A stretch of 64,000 bases of DNA from an uncultured Thermotogae bacterium (GCA_964473325.1 CAYYOG010000002.1:55168-119167); one strand, 5' to 3'. Numbered from the stretch's first letter, positions 38,398 through 49,600 are shown. Notes: generated by a model from the letters alone, not told the origin. Made by a program: numbers and translations.

Positions 38398-39514
38398 GGC
38401 TCACTCCTAATCGCTCTTGTACACGCTGATAAATCTCCTGAGGGGTGATGAGATAGCCGTCGACTCGACCGAGGTGCTCCACCGGAGCGCGTCCTCCCAC
38501 AGTGCGCTCGACTTCGCGCACCAATTGTCCGAGATTGAGCTCTGGCACGAGCACGTACTGCGCGTGCTCCGTGCATGAGCGAATCAGTCTCTCAGGGAAG
38601 GGCCAGAGCGTCTTCAAATCAAGAAAGCCCGCAGCTATGCCGTGAGCGCGCATCAGTGCTACGGCGGCTTCGACGGCTCGGCTGGTAATGCCATAGCTAA
38701 TGATAACAGCCTCGGCGTCGTCGATGAACTGCGCACGATAGCGCGCTAACTGTTCTGCACGGCTCTCGATCTTGGAGACGATCCGTTGGAGCTGTTCCGC
38801 GGCCTTTTTGCCCTGCGTGGGAAAGCCAAGCTCGTCGTGGGCCATCCCTGTGACCATAATATGCCCGCCTTCCCCGAAGTTCAGCATCATCTCGTTGGCG
38901 AAGGGCTTGAAGTCTTCTATGCGCTCTGGGCGCTGGCGCGAGATCACCTCAAGCTCTCCGGGTTCGGGCAAGATCACGTTCTCGCGTAAGTGTGCTAAGA
39001 CTTCATCCAAGAGCAATATGACCGGGACACGGTATCGCTCTGAGAGGTTGAAGGCGTGCACGGTCATCTCGAAAACCTCGCGCACCCATGATGCTGTCAA
39101 TGCTATAACGGGGTGATCGCCGTGGGTGCCCCAGCGCGCTTGCATGACGTCACCCTGAGCAGCTTTCGTCGGCTGACCGGTGCTAGGGCTCCAACGCTGC
39201 GCATCAACGATGACGCACGGCGTCTCGGTGATCGCCGCGTAGCCAATCGATTCTTGCATGAGCGAGAACCCCGGCCCGCTGGTGGCCGTCATCGCTTTGG
39301 CTCCACCCCATGAAGCCCCAAGGACCGCTGAAATCGAAGCGATCTCGTCTTCCATCTGAAGGCAGATGCCGCCGGCCTTAGGCATCTCCCGGGCGAGATA
39401 TTCCATGATCTCGCTGCTGGGCGTGATAGGATATCCCGCAAAAAACCGGCAGCCCGCGTAGAGCGCCCCGCGGGCACACGCTTCATTGCCTTGGACAAGC
39501 TCTGGTTCTTTCAT
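38378..39514 (-). CDS. 2-oxoacid:ferredoxin oxidoreductase alpha subunit
   Basis: POR/KOR alpha family similarity. Confidence 0.8.
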   Translation of the reverse strand: MKEPELVQGNEACARGALYAGCRFFAGYPITPSSEIMEYLAREMPKAGGICLQMEDEIASISAVLGASWGGAKAMTATSGPGFSLMQESIGYAAITETPCVIVDAQRWSPSTGQPTKAAQGDVMQARWGTHGDHPVIALTASWVREVFEMTVHAFNLSERYRVPVILLLDEVLAHLRENVILPEPGELEVISRQRPERIEDFKPFANEMMLNFGEGGHIMVTGMAHDELGFPTQGKKAAEQLQRIVSKIESRAEQLARYRAQFIDDAEAVIISYGITSRAVEAAVALMRAHGIAAGFLDLKTLWPFPERLIRSCTEHAQYVLVPELNLGQLVREVERTVGGRAPVEHLGRVDGYLITPQEIYQRVQERLGVSHGVRSP

Positions 39515-39744
39515 ACACGTGATGGCTGTAAGACTTTGCCCTTGTGCACAGCGATGGCAAAGTCGGGACAGCGCTGCTCACAGATGCCGCAGAAGACACA
39601 GCGAGCGAGCTCTTTCGCTTCCACTTTCCCTTCGTCGTTGAGTATCAAGACTTGCATGGGGCAGCTCTGGATGCACACCCCACATCCCTTACAGCGTCGC
39701 GGCTCAATCTCTAAGAAAAACCCGTTCTGCTTATAGTGCTTCAT
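39511..39744 (-). CDS. 2-oxoacid:ferredoxin oxidoreductase delta subunit (2x[4Fe-4S] ferredoxin)
   Basis: CKGCGVC and CVFCGIC cluster motifs. Confidence 0.7.
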   Translation of the reverse strand: MKHYKQNGFFLEIEPRRCKGCGVCIQSCPMQVLILNDEGKVEAKELARCVFCGICEQRCPDFAIAVHKGKVLQPSRV

Positions 39745-40672
39745 ATCGTTCACACCTGCGCAGGAGCTTCTCCCAGTCCTCATCGACTTGCTGTTGAATC
39801 TCTATGAGAAGCTCTTTGTTGGCTGGCTCAAACAGATGCGCGAAGCGCTTCTGTAGGCATAGCCACTCCGTGATCGGGAGCTTCTCTTCCGGGATATAGT
39901 TCAGTTGCCATCGGCCATCAATGATCTCATAGAGGGGCCAATAGCATGTCTCGACGGCTAAGCGAGCGATATGGACGCTCTGATCTGAGGAATGGCCCCA
40001 CCCGCGCGGGCAGCTGGACAGCACGTTGAGAAACGCTGGGCCATCGGCGGAGGCAGCTTTACGTGCCTTGACCGCGAGGTCATACCAATTGCTAATGGAC
40101 GCTTGAGCAACATACGGAATGCGATGCGCTGCAACGATCTCTGTGAGGTCCTTGCGGCGCTGGAGCTTGCCAAAGCTCTTTGCGCCCACAGGGGCTGTGC
40201 TTGTCTGCGCCCCAAGTGGTGTAGCCCCTGAACGCTGATTTCCTGTGTTCATATACGCTTCGTTGTCGTAGCAGACATAGATGAATCTATGGCCGCGCTC
40301 GAGCGCCCCAGAGAGCGCTTGCAACCCAATATCGTACGTGCCACCGTCGCCGGCAAACGCGACAAACCGAATCTCTTTGGAGATCTTGCCTCGTCGCCGC
40401 AAGGCCCTATAAGCCGTCTCCACGCCGCTTGCGACGGCGGCAGCGTTCTCAAACGCTACGTGGATCCACGGGACGTTCCATGCCGTCGTCGGATAGCGCG
40501 TTGTCGCGACTTCTAAGCACCCTGTCGCGTTGATGACCACGACGGGCTCTTCAATGGCGTTGAGAATCGTGCGTACACAGATAGGGGTACCACAGCCGGC
40601 ACAGAGCGCATGGGCTCCCGTGAACCGCTTCTGGACTTCTTCGTGTTGTGCAAGCTCTTTGGTATTGGGCAT
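39731..40672 (-). CDS. Second 2-oxoacid:ferredoxin oxidoreductase, beta subunit
   Basis: CAGCG...GDG TPP motifs; porB/vorB-like. Confidence 0.8.
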   Translation of the reverse strand: MPNTKELAQHEEVQKRFTGAHALCAGCGTPICVRTILNAIEEPVVVINATGCLEVATTRYPTTAWNVPWIHVAFENAAAVASGVETAYRALRRRGKISKEIRFVAFAGDGGTYDIGLQALSGALERGHRFIYVCYDNEAYMNTGNQRSGATPLGAQTSTAPVGAKSFGKLQRRKDLTEIVAAHRIPYVAQASISNWYDLAVKARKAASADGPAFLNVLSSCPRGWGHSSDQSVHIARLAVETCYWPLYEIIDGRWQLNYIPEEKLPITEWLCLQKRFAHLFEPANKELLIEIQQQVDEDWEKLLRRCERYEAL

Positions 40673-40678
40673 AGAAGA

Positions 40679-41869
40679 TCACTCCCGCAAGCCCAAGTAA
40701 CGCAGCACCTTTGGGTCAGCTTCGTTCTGCATATCGTTTATAACGGACGCTACCAGTGCCGGCGGCGTATCGCGTCCGCCCAACCCATAGATATAGTTAT
40801 AGAGCACGGGCTTCTTCTGAAGATACCGTCCCAGCGCGGCGGTGATCTCCACATAGAGTGGTCCCCAACTGCCCAGCGAGATCGCGCGGTCTAAGACGGC
40901 GACGGCGCGCTTGCCTGCGAGCGCTTGCGCGATCTCTGCGGCAGGGAAGGGGCGGAAGACCCAGGGCTTGATCAGCCCGACCTTGATCCCTTTGCGCCGC
41001 AGCCGATCGATGACGACTTTTGCTGTCCCTGCCGTCGAGCTTAACATCACCAAGACATACTCGGCATCGCTCAGTTTATACTCTTCAAAGAAGCCTTCAT
41101 AGCGGCGGCCTGAGATCTCTGCGAACTTCTTTTGCAATTCGAGCCAGACAGTCCGGGCAGCCTCGAGGGCGTCGACTTGCTGGCGTTTGAGTTCAAAGTA
41201 ATAATCGGGCAGTGCAAATGGTCCCTGGGTAGTGGGGTGGTCTACATCGAGGAGCGGGTAGAGCGGCTCATACTCTCCCACAAATTCTGTGACGGTTTTG
41301 TCTGGGAGAAGCGCGACCGGCTCGGCGGAGTGCGTAATTGTGAATCCGTCTTGCATCACCATGGCGGGAAGCAGAACCCGTCGGTCTTCGGCCAGGCGTT
41401 GCGCGATGATCATCAGGTCATACGCTTCTTGGGCATTTTCCGCGAAGAGCTGGACGCACCCTGCGTCTCGGGCCATCATGCTATCGGAGTGATCACAGTG
41501 GATATTAATGGGCCCAGAGAGTGCCCGGCTGCCCACGGCGATCGTGATAGGACATCGCATCGACGCAGCAATGTAGACGATCTCGAGCATTAAAGCTAAG
41601 CCTTGTGAGCTGGTCGCGGTCATCACGCGCGCGCCAGCACATGATGCCCCCACCGCAGCGCTCATGGCGCTGTGCTCGCTCTCGACGTTAATAATCTCGG
41701 TATCGCACAGACCATCGGCGACGAATTGAGCGAACGTCTCGATAATCGGGGTCTGAGGCGTGATGGGGTAAACGGGCACGACATCGGGATGGAGTTGGCG
41801 CATCGCGTGTGCTGCTGCTTCTGCTCCTGTGATTAAGGCGAGCTCTGCAGGTGCTGTGGCTACACGCAT
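40679..41869 (-). CDS. Second 2-oxoacid:ferredoxin oxidoreductase, alpha subunit
   Basis: porA/vorA family similarity. Confidence 0.8.
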   Translation of the reverse strand: MRVATAPAELALITGAEAAAHAMRQLHPDVVPVYPITPQTPIIETFAQFVADGLCDTEIINVESEHSAMSAAVGASCAGARVMTATSSQGLALMLEIVYIAASMRCPITIAVGSRALSGPINIHCDHSDSMMARDAGCVQLFAENAQEAYDLMIIAQRLAEDRRVLLPAMVMQDGFTITHSAEPVALLPDKTVTEFVGEYEPLYPLLDVDHPTTQGPFALPDYYFELKRQQVDALEAARTVWLELQKKFAEISGRRYEGFFEEYKLSDAEYVLVMLSSTAGTAKVVIDRLRRKGIKVGLIKPWVFRPFPAAEIAQALAGKRAVAVLDRAISLGSWGPLYVEITAALGRYLQKKPVLYNYIYGLGGRDTPPALVASVINDMQNEADPKVLRYLGLRE

Positions 41870-42186
41870 ACTTCTTCACCTGCTTTCGCTGAGGAGGGGG
41901 TAGGCTCGTCCTTGGCTTCCTCGACCATGAGAATAGCGCCTGTGGGACAAGCCTGCGAGCAAATCCCGCACCCTTTGCAGTGATCATAGCTGATCCCGCG
42001 CATCTGTGTGCCCTCGACTATTATCGTCGCTTCGGGGCAGTGTACCCAACAGAGCAGGCAGTTAATGCAGAGCTTTTCGTTGAAGCCTGGTCGTTTGCCG
42101 GAGCGCCAGCCTCCCGTCTGTACGAGATGGGGCGTGGCCCCGCCGGGGATAACCCCACCGATGGGTAACTCTTGATAGCGCTTCAT
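41860..42186 (-). CDS. Second 2-oxoacid:ferredoxin oxidoreductase, delta (ferredoxin) subunit
   Basis: Two CxxCxxCxxxCP motifs. Confidence 0.75.
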   Translation of the reverse strand: MKRYQELPIGGVIPGGATPHLVQTGGWRSGKRPGFNEKLCINCLLCWVHCPEATIIVEGTQMRGISYDHCKGCGICSQACPTGAILMVEEAKDEPTPSSAKAGEEVCV

Positions 42187-42773
42187 GCTGTCGCCTCCAA
42201 TGCCCCTTGGCCTAAGCTCTCTGTTATAGCTGAGAAGCCAGCGCGCAGCGCCGCAACGTTGGTCGCTAATGCCTTCTCGCCGAACAGCTTCACGAATTCT
42301 TGCTCGAGATCCTCTAGGGCTATATCGCCGAGCAGGCGCGCCAGCGCCCCTAACATCACGACGTTGGCGAAGCGCGCCCCCACTGAACGCGCCGCAGATT
42401 CCGCGTCGAGCGTGATGATCTTCCCGGAGAATCCGGTGAGTGCCCGGATCTCTTCTGCTGGTTGAGCTGTGTTCACTAAGAGAATACCGTGGCGTTTTAG
42501 TCCCTCCGTAACTCGAGCTTCCTTGGCGTGCAAGAGTGTGGGATCAAGCACCACAACGATATCGGGCTCATAGATGCTGCAATGTAATCGAATCTCTTTG
42601 GTATCGAGGCGATTGAACGCTTTCACGGGGGCACCGCTGCGCTCTGGGCCGTATTCAGGGAAGGCTTGGGCATAGCGTCCACTGCGGAGAGCAGCCCCGG
42701 CTAAAAGCTGCGAGACCGTCTTAGCCCCCTGGCCGCCCCGCCCATGCCAACGAATCTCGATCATTGAGCTCAC
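42183..42773 (-). CDS. Second 2-oxoacid:ferredoxin oxidoreductase, gamma subunit
   Basis: porG family; ATGA overlap with the delta gene. Confidence 0.75.
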   Translation of the reverse strand: MSSMIEIRWHGRGGQGAKTVSQLLAGAALRSGRYAQAFPEYGPERSGAPVKAFNRLDTKEIRLHCSIYEPDIVVVLDPTLLHAKEARVTEGLKRHGILLVNTAQPAEEIRALTGFSGKIITLDAESAARSVGARFANVVMLGALARLLGDIALEDLEQEFVKLFGEKALATNVAALRAGFSAITESLGQGALEATA

Positions 42774-44110
42774 CCCTTCGCGAGAAACTGCGCAATCCCT
42801 TGAGCAGCGATCTTGCCGTGCCGCACGGCTTCGACGACCGTCGCGCCGCCGTTGACGCAGTCGCCGCCAGCAAAGAATCTCTCTCGGCTTGTCTGGAAAT
42901 ACTCGTTCACTCTCACCAAACCGCCTTCTGTTGCTATCCCCAACGCTTGGAAGAGCTCGACGCGCCGCTCTTGCCCAATCGCTTTGATGACTGTGTCGAC
43001 CTCGAGGGTGAATTCTGTCCCGGGGACGGGCTCAGGAGCTGGGCGGCCGGATCTGTCTGGAGCTCCTAGCTTCATATGAATGCACTCGATCCGGCGGACC
43101 TTGCCGTCGCCTATGAAGCGCACCGGAGCCGTCAAGAAGTAGAAGTGCACCCCTTCTCTGCGCGCGGCTTTCACTTCATGTTTGAATGCAGGCATCTGGT
43201 CCTCAGTGCGGCGATAGAGGACCATCACGTTAGTGGCACCAAGGCGCACCGCTTCGCGCGCCACGTCAATAGCCGTGTTGCCGCCCCCAATGACCGCGAC
43301 CGTTGGGCCAATCCTAGGGAAGCGCCCACTCTTAATGAACTCGATAAACTTGAGTGACTCCCACACGCCGGGCAGGTCTTCCCCAGGAATACGTGCTTTG
43401 GTATCAGCACCTAGCCCGACACCGAGGAAGATCGCCTGATGGTGCTGCTCCAGCTCCTCAAGAGCAATATCCTTGCCGACAGTGACTCCATAATGGAGCT
43501 TGACGCCCAAGCGTTCGATCATAGCGACTTCCGCAGGCAGCGGGTCTTTGAGTTGTTTATAGGGCGCGATAGCAGAGGTGATTAAGCCTCCGGGCTCCCT
43601 TTGGCTCTCGTAGATCACGACATCGTAGCCCATCTTGGCGAGCTCTGCGGCGCAGGCAAGCCCCGCTGGTCCTGCGCCGATCACCCCGACGCTTCGGGGC
43701 TTCCACGCCGGACGAGAAAAGAAATTTAATTGACGAGAGAGTGCTACGTCCGTAGCGTATCGTTGCAGGCGCCCGATAGAGACGGCACGTCGTCCTTCTT
43801 TAGTCAGCACGCACGCGCCCTCGCAGAGCTCCTCGACGGGGCAGACGCGGGCGCAGCTGCCTCCCAAGATATTGGCTTCAAAGATGAGGCGAGCGGCCTC
43901 TTCGGGGCGGCCCTCGCGGATCGCGCGGATGAACTGGGGCACGGGAACACGTGCCGGACAAGCATTCACACAGGGCGCGGGTGCGTACGGCCCACCACAT
44001 TCTAAGCACCGATCAGCTTCGAGGGTCGCTGTCAGCTTATCGAGTGGGGGATGGATCTCCTGGTAGACTGCGGGTATTGTCTCTTGCTGTGGGCTGAGTG
44101 TGACTCTCAT
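42770..44110 (-). CDS. NADPH-dependent oxidoreductase of the GltD / SudA / NfnB family (FAD, NAD(P), [4Fe-4S])
   Basis: N-terminal Cys cluster CLECGGP...C..C; GAGPAG dinucleotide motifs; the start at MRVTLSP is preceded by AAAGGGGG. Confidence 0.75.
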   Translation of the reverse strand: MRVTLSPQQETIPAVYQEIHPPLDKLTATLEADRCLECGGPYAPAPCVNACPARVPVPQFIRAIREGRPEEAARLIFEANILGGSCARVCPVEELCEGACVLTKEGRRAVSIGRLQRYATDVALSRQLNFFSRPAWKPRSVGVIGAGPAGLACAAELAKMGYDVVIYESQREPGGLITSAIAPYKQLKDPLPAEVAMIERLGVKLHYGVTVGKDIALEELEQHHQAIFLGVGLGADTKARIPGEDLPGVWESLKFIEFIKSGRFPRIGPTVAVIGGGNTAIDVAREAVRLGATNVMVLYRRTEDQMPAFKHEVKAARREGVHFYFLTAPVRFIGDGKVRRIECIHMKLGAPDRSGRPAPEPVPGTEFTLEVDTVIKAIGQERRVELFQALGIATEGGLVRVNEYFQTSRERFFAGGDCVNGGATVVEAVRHGKIAAQGIAQFLAKG

Positions 44111-44357
44111 AAAGCCCCCTTTCGTACTCACTTGGCTCTATCTTACGGGGCTTGAGTCGTTCAAGCTATGATTTTTGTCACGGCTGTTATTGATCATTAT
44201 CAAAAATTGGGGAGAGGCCCAATGAGAACGGGACGGCCTGGGGGGACCGTCCCGCGGGAAAGGGGGTTCCGACCTGACGGGAAACCCTGATCAGGTCGCT
44301 TCCAGGGATGAGGTAGGGATGATGACGCCCTCAGTGGCTCCCTGGAATATCAATAAT

Positions 44358-44549
44358 CTATACAGTTCTTCCCTTGCGAATCCATTCGTAGCCAACCCAA
44401 CCGCCAATGACAAAAGCCACGAGCAACAAGATGAAGACCATCTCTTGGCCGTTGAGCTGGTAGGAACTTTTCTGCTGAGCTAAGCAGACAGAGCCGGCTG
44501 CCGTGAGGCCGACCAAGCTCCCGCTCAGTGCGCGCACCACCTTGCTCAT
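44358..44549 (-). CDS. Small membrane protein (63 aa)
   Basis: RBS AAAGGGGGG lies 4 nt before the ATG; one or two TM helices. Confidence 0.3.
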   Translation of the reverse strand: MSKVVRALSGSLVGLTAAGSVCLAQQKSSYQLNGQEMVFILLLVAFVIGGWVGYEWIRKGRTV

Positions 44550-44642
44550 GAGCCCCCCTTTAAGCCTCGTAAGCTTTTTATTATAGATCATTTAGAGGGC
44601 CAAAGTCAAGCCTGTAATAACTTCGATCTCTTGCGGGAGATT

Positions 44643-45953
44643 CTATCTCCAGAGATTTTGCTCTTCGCCAGGGCCAATGGAGACCATCGAGATAGGAACC
44701 CCGAGCTCATCTTCGATCACGCGGACGTACTGTTGGGCAGCTTCGGGGAGATCTGAGAAATCTCGACATTCGGAGAGCGATTCCTGCCAACCCGGAAGCC
44801 TTTCATAGATGGGTTCGCATTCTTGGAGGATCTCACAGACGGTTGGGAAATCATAGAGCACGCGCCCGTGATAGCGATAGCTTGTCGCTATGGGGATCTC
44901 GTCGAAGCCCGTCAGCACATCAAGCTTTGTTAAAGCGATCTCGGTGAAGCCGTTGATCATAGCTGCGTAGCGCAGGGCGACTAAGTCAAGCCAGCCGCAC
45001 CGGCGCGGCCGCCCCGTGGTCGTGCCAAACTCATTTCCTTGGATGCGCAAGTGCTCCCCGGCGCTGTCAAGAGCTTCGGTTGGGAAGGGCCCGTGGCCTA
45101 CACGTGTCGCGTAGGCTTTCGCAACGCCGATGACACGACTGACGTGCTGTGGCGGCACTCCAGCCCCTGAGCCGATTCCCCCAATGGTCGCGGTCGATGA
45201 CGTCACATACGGATACGTTCCCAGATCGAGGTCGAGCAGGGCCGCTTGGGCGCCCTCAAAGATTAGATATTTATTCTGATCCAACGCGTCGTTGAGCAGG
45301 CGCACGGTGTCGACGATCCGCTCGCGAAAGCCCTCGGAGAGCGTGAGCACTTCGTTGGCAAGGTGTGGAGCTTGCAGGCGCTTGAGCTCTGGATTATCGG
45401 GCCAGAGTTTGTGATAGCGTTCTAAGATCGCTGAGAGCTTCTCTGAGAATTTCTGGGGAAAGAGCAAATCGGACATTCTCAGCCCAATGCGCGCGGCTTT
45501 GTCGCGGTATGCTGGGCCGATGCCCTTGGCTGTCGTATCCAGGGCTGACTGTGAGCCCTCCAGTCTTTCAATTATGGGGTGATACGGCAAGAGCAGATGG
45601 GCGTTGGAGCTGATATAGATCTGGGGCTCGCTGCCGCGCAGCTCGCGCAACGCGTTGAGTTCTTGCACGAGCGCATAGGGATCAATGACCATGCCGTGGG
45701 CTAGGACCCCGGCGCAGGTTTCGTGAAGTGCTCCGGAAGGAATCAGATGAAACTTGAACTCTTGCGTTTCGCTAGGTGTCTCACTGCTATCAGCGCCGAC
45801 CAAAGCGGGAATGCGACTCGTGACGACGCGGTGCCCCGCGTTGGTGCCCCCGTTAAAACGCACGCAGTAATCGGCATCGCGCGCGAGCAGATGCACGATC
45901 TTCCCTTTGCCCTCATCGCCCCACTGGGCTCCTAAGACGGCTGTAGCGGGCAT
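44643..45953 (-). CDS. purA: Adenylosuccinate synthetase
   Basis: GAQWGDEGKGK P-loop. Confidence 0.9.
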   Translation of the reverse strand: MPATAVLGAQWGDEGKGKIVHLLARDADYCVRFNGGTNAGHRVVTSRIPALVGADSSETPSETQEFKFHLIPSGALHETCAGVLAHGMVIDPYALVQELNALRELRGSEPQIYISSNAHLLLPYHPIIERLEGSQSALDTTAKGIGPAYRDKAARIGLRMSDLLFPQKFSEKLSAILERYHKLWPDNPELKRLQAPHLANEVLTLSEGFRERIVDTVRLLNDALDQNKYLIFEGAQAALLDLDLGTYPYVTSSTATIGGIGSGAGVPPQHVSRVIGVAKAYATRVGHGPFPTEALDSAGEHLRIQGNEFGTTTGRPRRCGWLDLVALRYAAMINGFTEIALTKLDVLTGFDEIPIATSYRYHGRVLYDFPTVCEILQECEPIYERLPGWQESLSECRDFSDLPEAAQQYVRVIEDELGVPISMVSIGPGEEQNLWR

Positions 45954-46666
45954 AGAGTCACTTCCTCGCTGGTGAGCTCGCGCACACGCTCTTGTGTGCG
46001 CACGATGAGTTTACCCAACGGAGAGAGTCCAAGCACGTCGGCGTCGAATCTCTCTGTATCTGACTCGACCTCGATGCGCTGGGGAAGCACGGAAAGTTTT
46101 TGCCATTCTTTGCGCACAAATTCAAACCCCTCCAAGAGAAATCTCCCGTAATCGCGGGCGATAGCGTCGAGGGCGACGGCAAAAAACTCTTCTAGATTTA
46201 TAGCTTTACCCAGCTCACGAGCGAGCGACGTCGCCGGAACGCGCGTCTGTATGGGAGGCTCGTTATTGACGTTAACGCCGATCCCCGCAATGAGCCACTC
46301 GATTTTATCTGAGTAGCTGCTCAGCTCGATCAAGATTCCCCCAAGTTTTTTATCTCTGACGTACAGATCATTGGGCCACTTGACGCCCACGGGAATTCCC
46401 CAATGTTCTCGAAGAGCTTTCGCAAGTGAGACGGCAATAAGAACAGAGATACAGCCCGCTTGCTCAAGGGGGATCGGCGGCCTCAGCAAGAGCGAAAACC
46501 ACGCACCGCCCTGGGGCGAGGTCCAGCTCCGTCCTAAGCGCCCTTTGCCCGCTGTTTGCTCTTTAGCGATAATAACAGTTCCCTCAGGCGCGCCAGACTG
46601 CGCACGCGCTTTGAGATAGTCGTTGGTCGAGCCAAGCTGGGCAAAACGCTCAATAGAATAGATCAT
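45932..46666 (-). CDS. birA: Biotin-protein ligase (group I, no HTH)
   Basis: GRLGRSW motif. Confidence 0.8.
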   Translation of the reverse strand: MIYSIERFAQLGSTNDYLKARAQSGAPEGTVIIAKEQTAGKGRLGRSWTSPQGGAWFSLLLRPPIPLEQAGCISVLIAVSLAKALREHWGIPVGVKWPNDLYVRDKKLGGILIELSSYSDKIEWLIAGIGVNVNNEPPIQTRVPATSLARELGKAINLEEFFAVALDAIARDYGRFLLEGFEFVRKEWQKLSVLPQRIEVESDTERFDADVLGLSPLGKLIVRTQERVRELTSEEVTLCPLQPS

Positions 46667-49600
46667 CGCGTGCGTACGAGGCCGATCCTGGCTCTTCGTC
46701 CATTGACATCGAGCTCCTTGCTGAACTCGACTCTTTCAAAAGAGCTGTTGTGCTGCAACGTGACCGCGAGTGTCTCTTCTTGAACGCTCTGGGCAAATTT
46801 CTCAAGAGCCACCTGCACTTCTGGGTCGGCTTCGTAGTAGAGTTCGATGCGATCAGAGACCTCAAAGCCCGCTTCTTTCCGACATTCTTGTACTAAGCGC
46901 ACGAATTCGCGCACCAAGCCCTCTTGACGCAGTGCCTCGTCGATGCGCGTGTCGAGCAGCACCCTCACATCTTCTTCGCTTCCTTCAACGAATCCCCCGC
47001 GGGGGTGCAAGACGATTCGGACGTGCGTGCCCTCGGAAAGCTCAATCTCTTGACCTTCTATGGTCAGGCGCAGCTTTTTCTGGGCTTTGAGCTCTTGGGC
47101 GAGCTGCACACGCTTTTCGTGCTCGGCTTTGTTGAGTTCTTCCAGGACATGAACAGCTTTGGGGGCTAGACCGCGCAGGTCCTTCCCCAGCGCAGATTTT
47201 TCATAGTCGAGCTTGGGCGTATAGAACTCGAAGGGCTGATCTCGATTCAGCCAATCGAGATTTTTGACGTTCAGCTCGTGGCAGATGAGCCGTTGGTACT
47301 CTGAGTCAAGCGGCGGATTATCAGTAAGTACGACTGCCAGGGCCAAGGGCTGGCGCACTTTGATCTGCGCCTTGTTGCGCGCCTGCAAGCCTGCAGTGAC
47401 GACCTGGCGTGCGAATGCCATGTGGTTCTCGATCTCTAGATCGCGGAGGCTTTCATTGACTTGTGGCCAATCGCTCAAGTGAACGCTCTCGGGCATCTGG
47501 TCCGTCTTGAGGTTCTGATAGATCGCTTCAGCTAAGAAGGGCACACATGGCGCCAGCAGCTTGGCTAGTGTGAGCAAGACTTCGTAGAGCGTGACAAACG
47601 CCGAAGTCTTATCAGAAGTCCAAGTGCTGCCCCAAAAGCGTGCACGCGAGTTGCGTACGTACCAGTTACTGAGCTCATCGACGAAAGTCGCTATGGCTTG
47701 GGTTGCTGCCACCGGGTCGTACTCGTCGAGAGCATGAGTCGTCTCGCGGACAGCGTGTTGTAGCCTCGAGAGAATCCAGCGATCCAGCAGGGCGCGCTTG
47801 TCTGAAGAGACAGTGTGTCGCGAGGGATCGAATTGATCGATCCCCGCGTAGAGCGCAAAGAAACTATAGACATTGCGCACCGTCTCTAAGACCCCGCGCG
47901 TCTCGATAATATCTTTGGGATCGAGCCGGCGGTCGCGCCACGGGGCGCTCCCCGCGTAGAAGAACCAGCGCACGGCGTCAGCTCCATAGACATTAACGAC
48001 ATCCCAAGGATCAAGCACATTGCCCAAGCTCTTGGACATTTTCTTGCCCGCTTCGTCCAAACCCATCCCTGTGACGACGACGTGCTTATACGGATGGGGA
48101 TAGGGCTTCTCCTCATAAAGCAGCGTGCTTGTGACTAAGAGCGAGTAGAACCACCCGCGCGTCTGATCAATTCCTTCGGCGATGAAGTCTGCAGGAAACT
48201 GTTCTTCAAAGAGCTCGTGGTTCTCGAAGGGATAATGCCATTGGGCAGTATGCATCATTCCGGAGTCGAACCAACAATCGATCACATAGGGGACGCGGCG
48301 CATCAGGCCCCCGCACGGGCACTGTAAGAGTATCTCGTCGATCCAAGGGCGATGGAACTCGACGGTGCGCGCCTTCTCCTTGTCAAGAGCTAGGTCTACG
48401 AGTTCTTGACGGCTGCCGACGCAATGCTCTCTCTCGCACTGCTCGCAGGCCCACAAGGGCAATGGCGTTCCCCAGTAGCGATCCCGCGAGAGCGCCCAAT
48501 CTTTCATGGTCTCTAAGAAATTGCCAAAGCGCCCCTCACGAAAATGCTCCGGGTGCCAGTGAATCTGTTTGTTATTTTCGATGATCTCTTCTTGCTTGGC
48601 AGTCGTCTTGATGAAGTACGAATCGAGCGCATAGTAGAGCAAGGGTGTTTTACACCGCCAGCAGAACGGATACTCGTGTTCGTACTTGCCCGATTTATAG
48701 AGCACGCCGCGTCGCTGTAAGTCCTCGATGATCACTGCGTCGGCGTCCTTAACGAACTGCCCTGCGGCCAACGGAAATTCTTTGGTAAATTTGCCCTCTA
48801 GATCGACAGGGTTGACGAAGGGCAGCCCCTCGGTCTGTCCAGCTTGATAGTCTTCCTCACCGAAAGCTGGCGCGATGTGGACGATCCCTGTGCCCTCTTC
48901 CAATGAGACGAAGTCCGCTGCGACGACACGATACGCATTGGGGTCATCGGTGAGTTTATACGCGGGCTCGTAGCGCCAGCCCACAAGATCTGCCCCGCGC
49001 ACTGTGCCGACGATCTCAAAGCTCTGCTTCCCTAAGACTTGCTCCACGAGCTCGTGAGCGAGAATGAAGATCTCCGGGCCGGCTCTCACTTTGGCGTATG
49101 TATAGCTGGGCCCGACCGCTAAAGCGACGTTGCTGGGCACAGTCCAGGGGGTGGTCGTCCAGACAAGAAAGTACGTGTCTTTAAGCTCACGAACTCTGAG
49201 CTTGAAGAAGATCGACGGGTCTTTGGTCGTCTCGTAGCCTTGGGCGACTTCGTGGGAGCTTAACGCTGTGCCGCAGCGCGGGCAGTAGGGCAAGACTTTG
49301 TGCCCTTTATAGAGCAAGCCTTTCTCCCAGATCTTCTTGAGCGCCCACCAGACTGATTCGATATATTCGTTCGTATACGTGACATATGCGTGCTCTTGGT
49401 CGTACCAGAAGCCCATTCTGGGATCGAAACGCTCCCACTCGCCCTTGAATTTCCAGACGTTCTCCTTGCACTTCTTGACAAACGCTTCGACGCCAAAGGC
49501 TTCGATCTCGCGCTTGCTATTAAGTCCCAACTCTTTTTCGACCTTGAGCTCGACGGGCAGGCCGTGGGTATCCCAGCCCCCTTTCTTGATGACGTGATAG

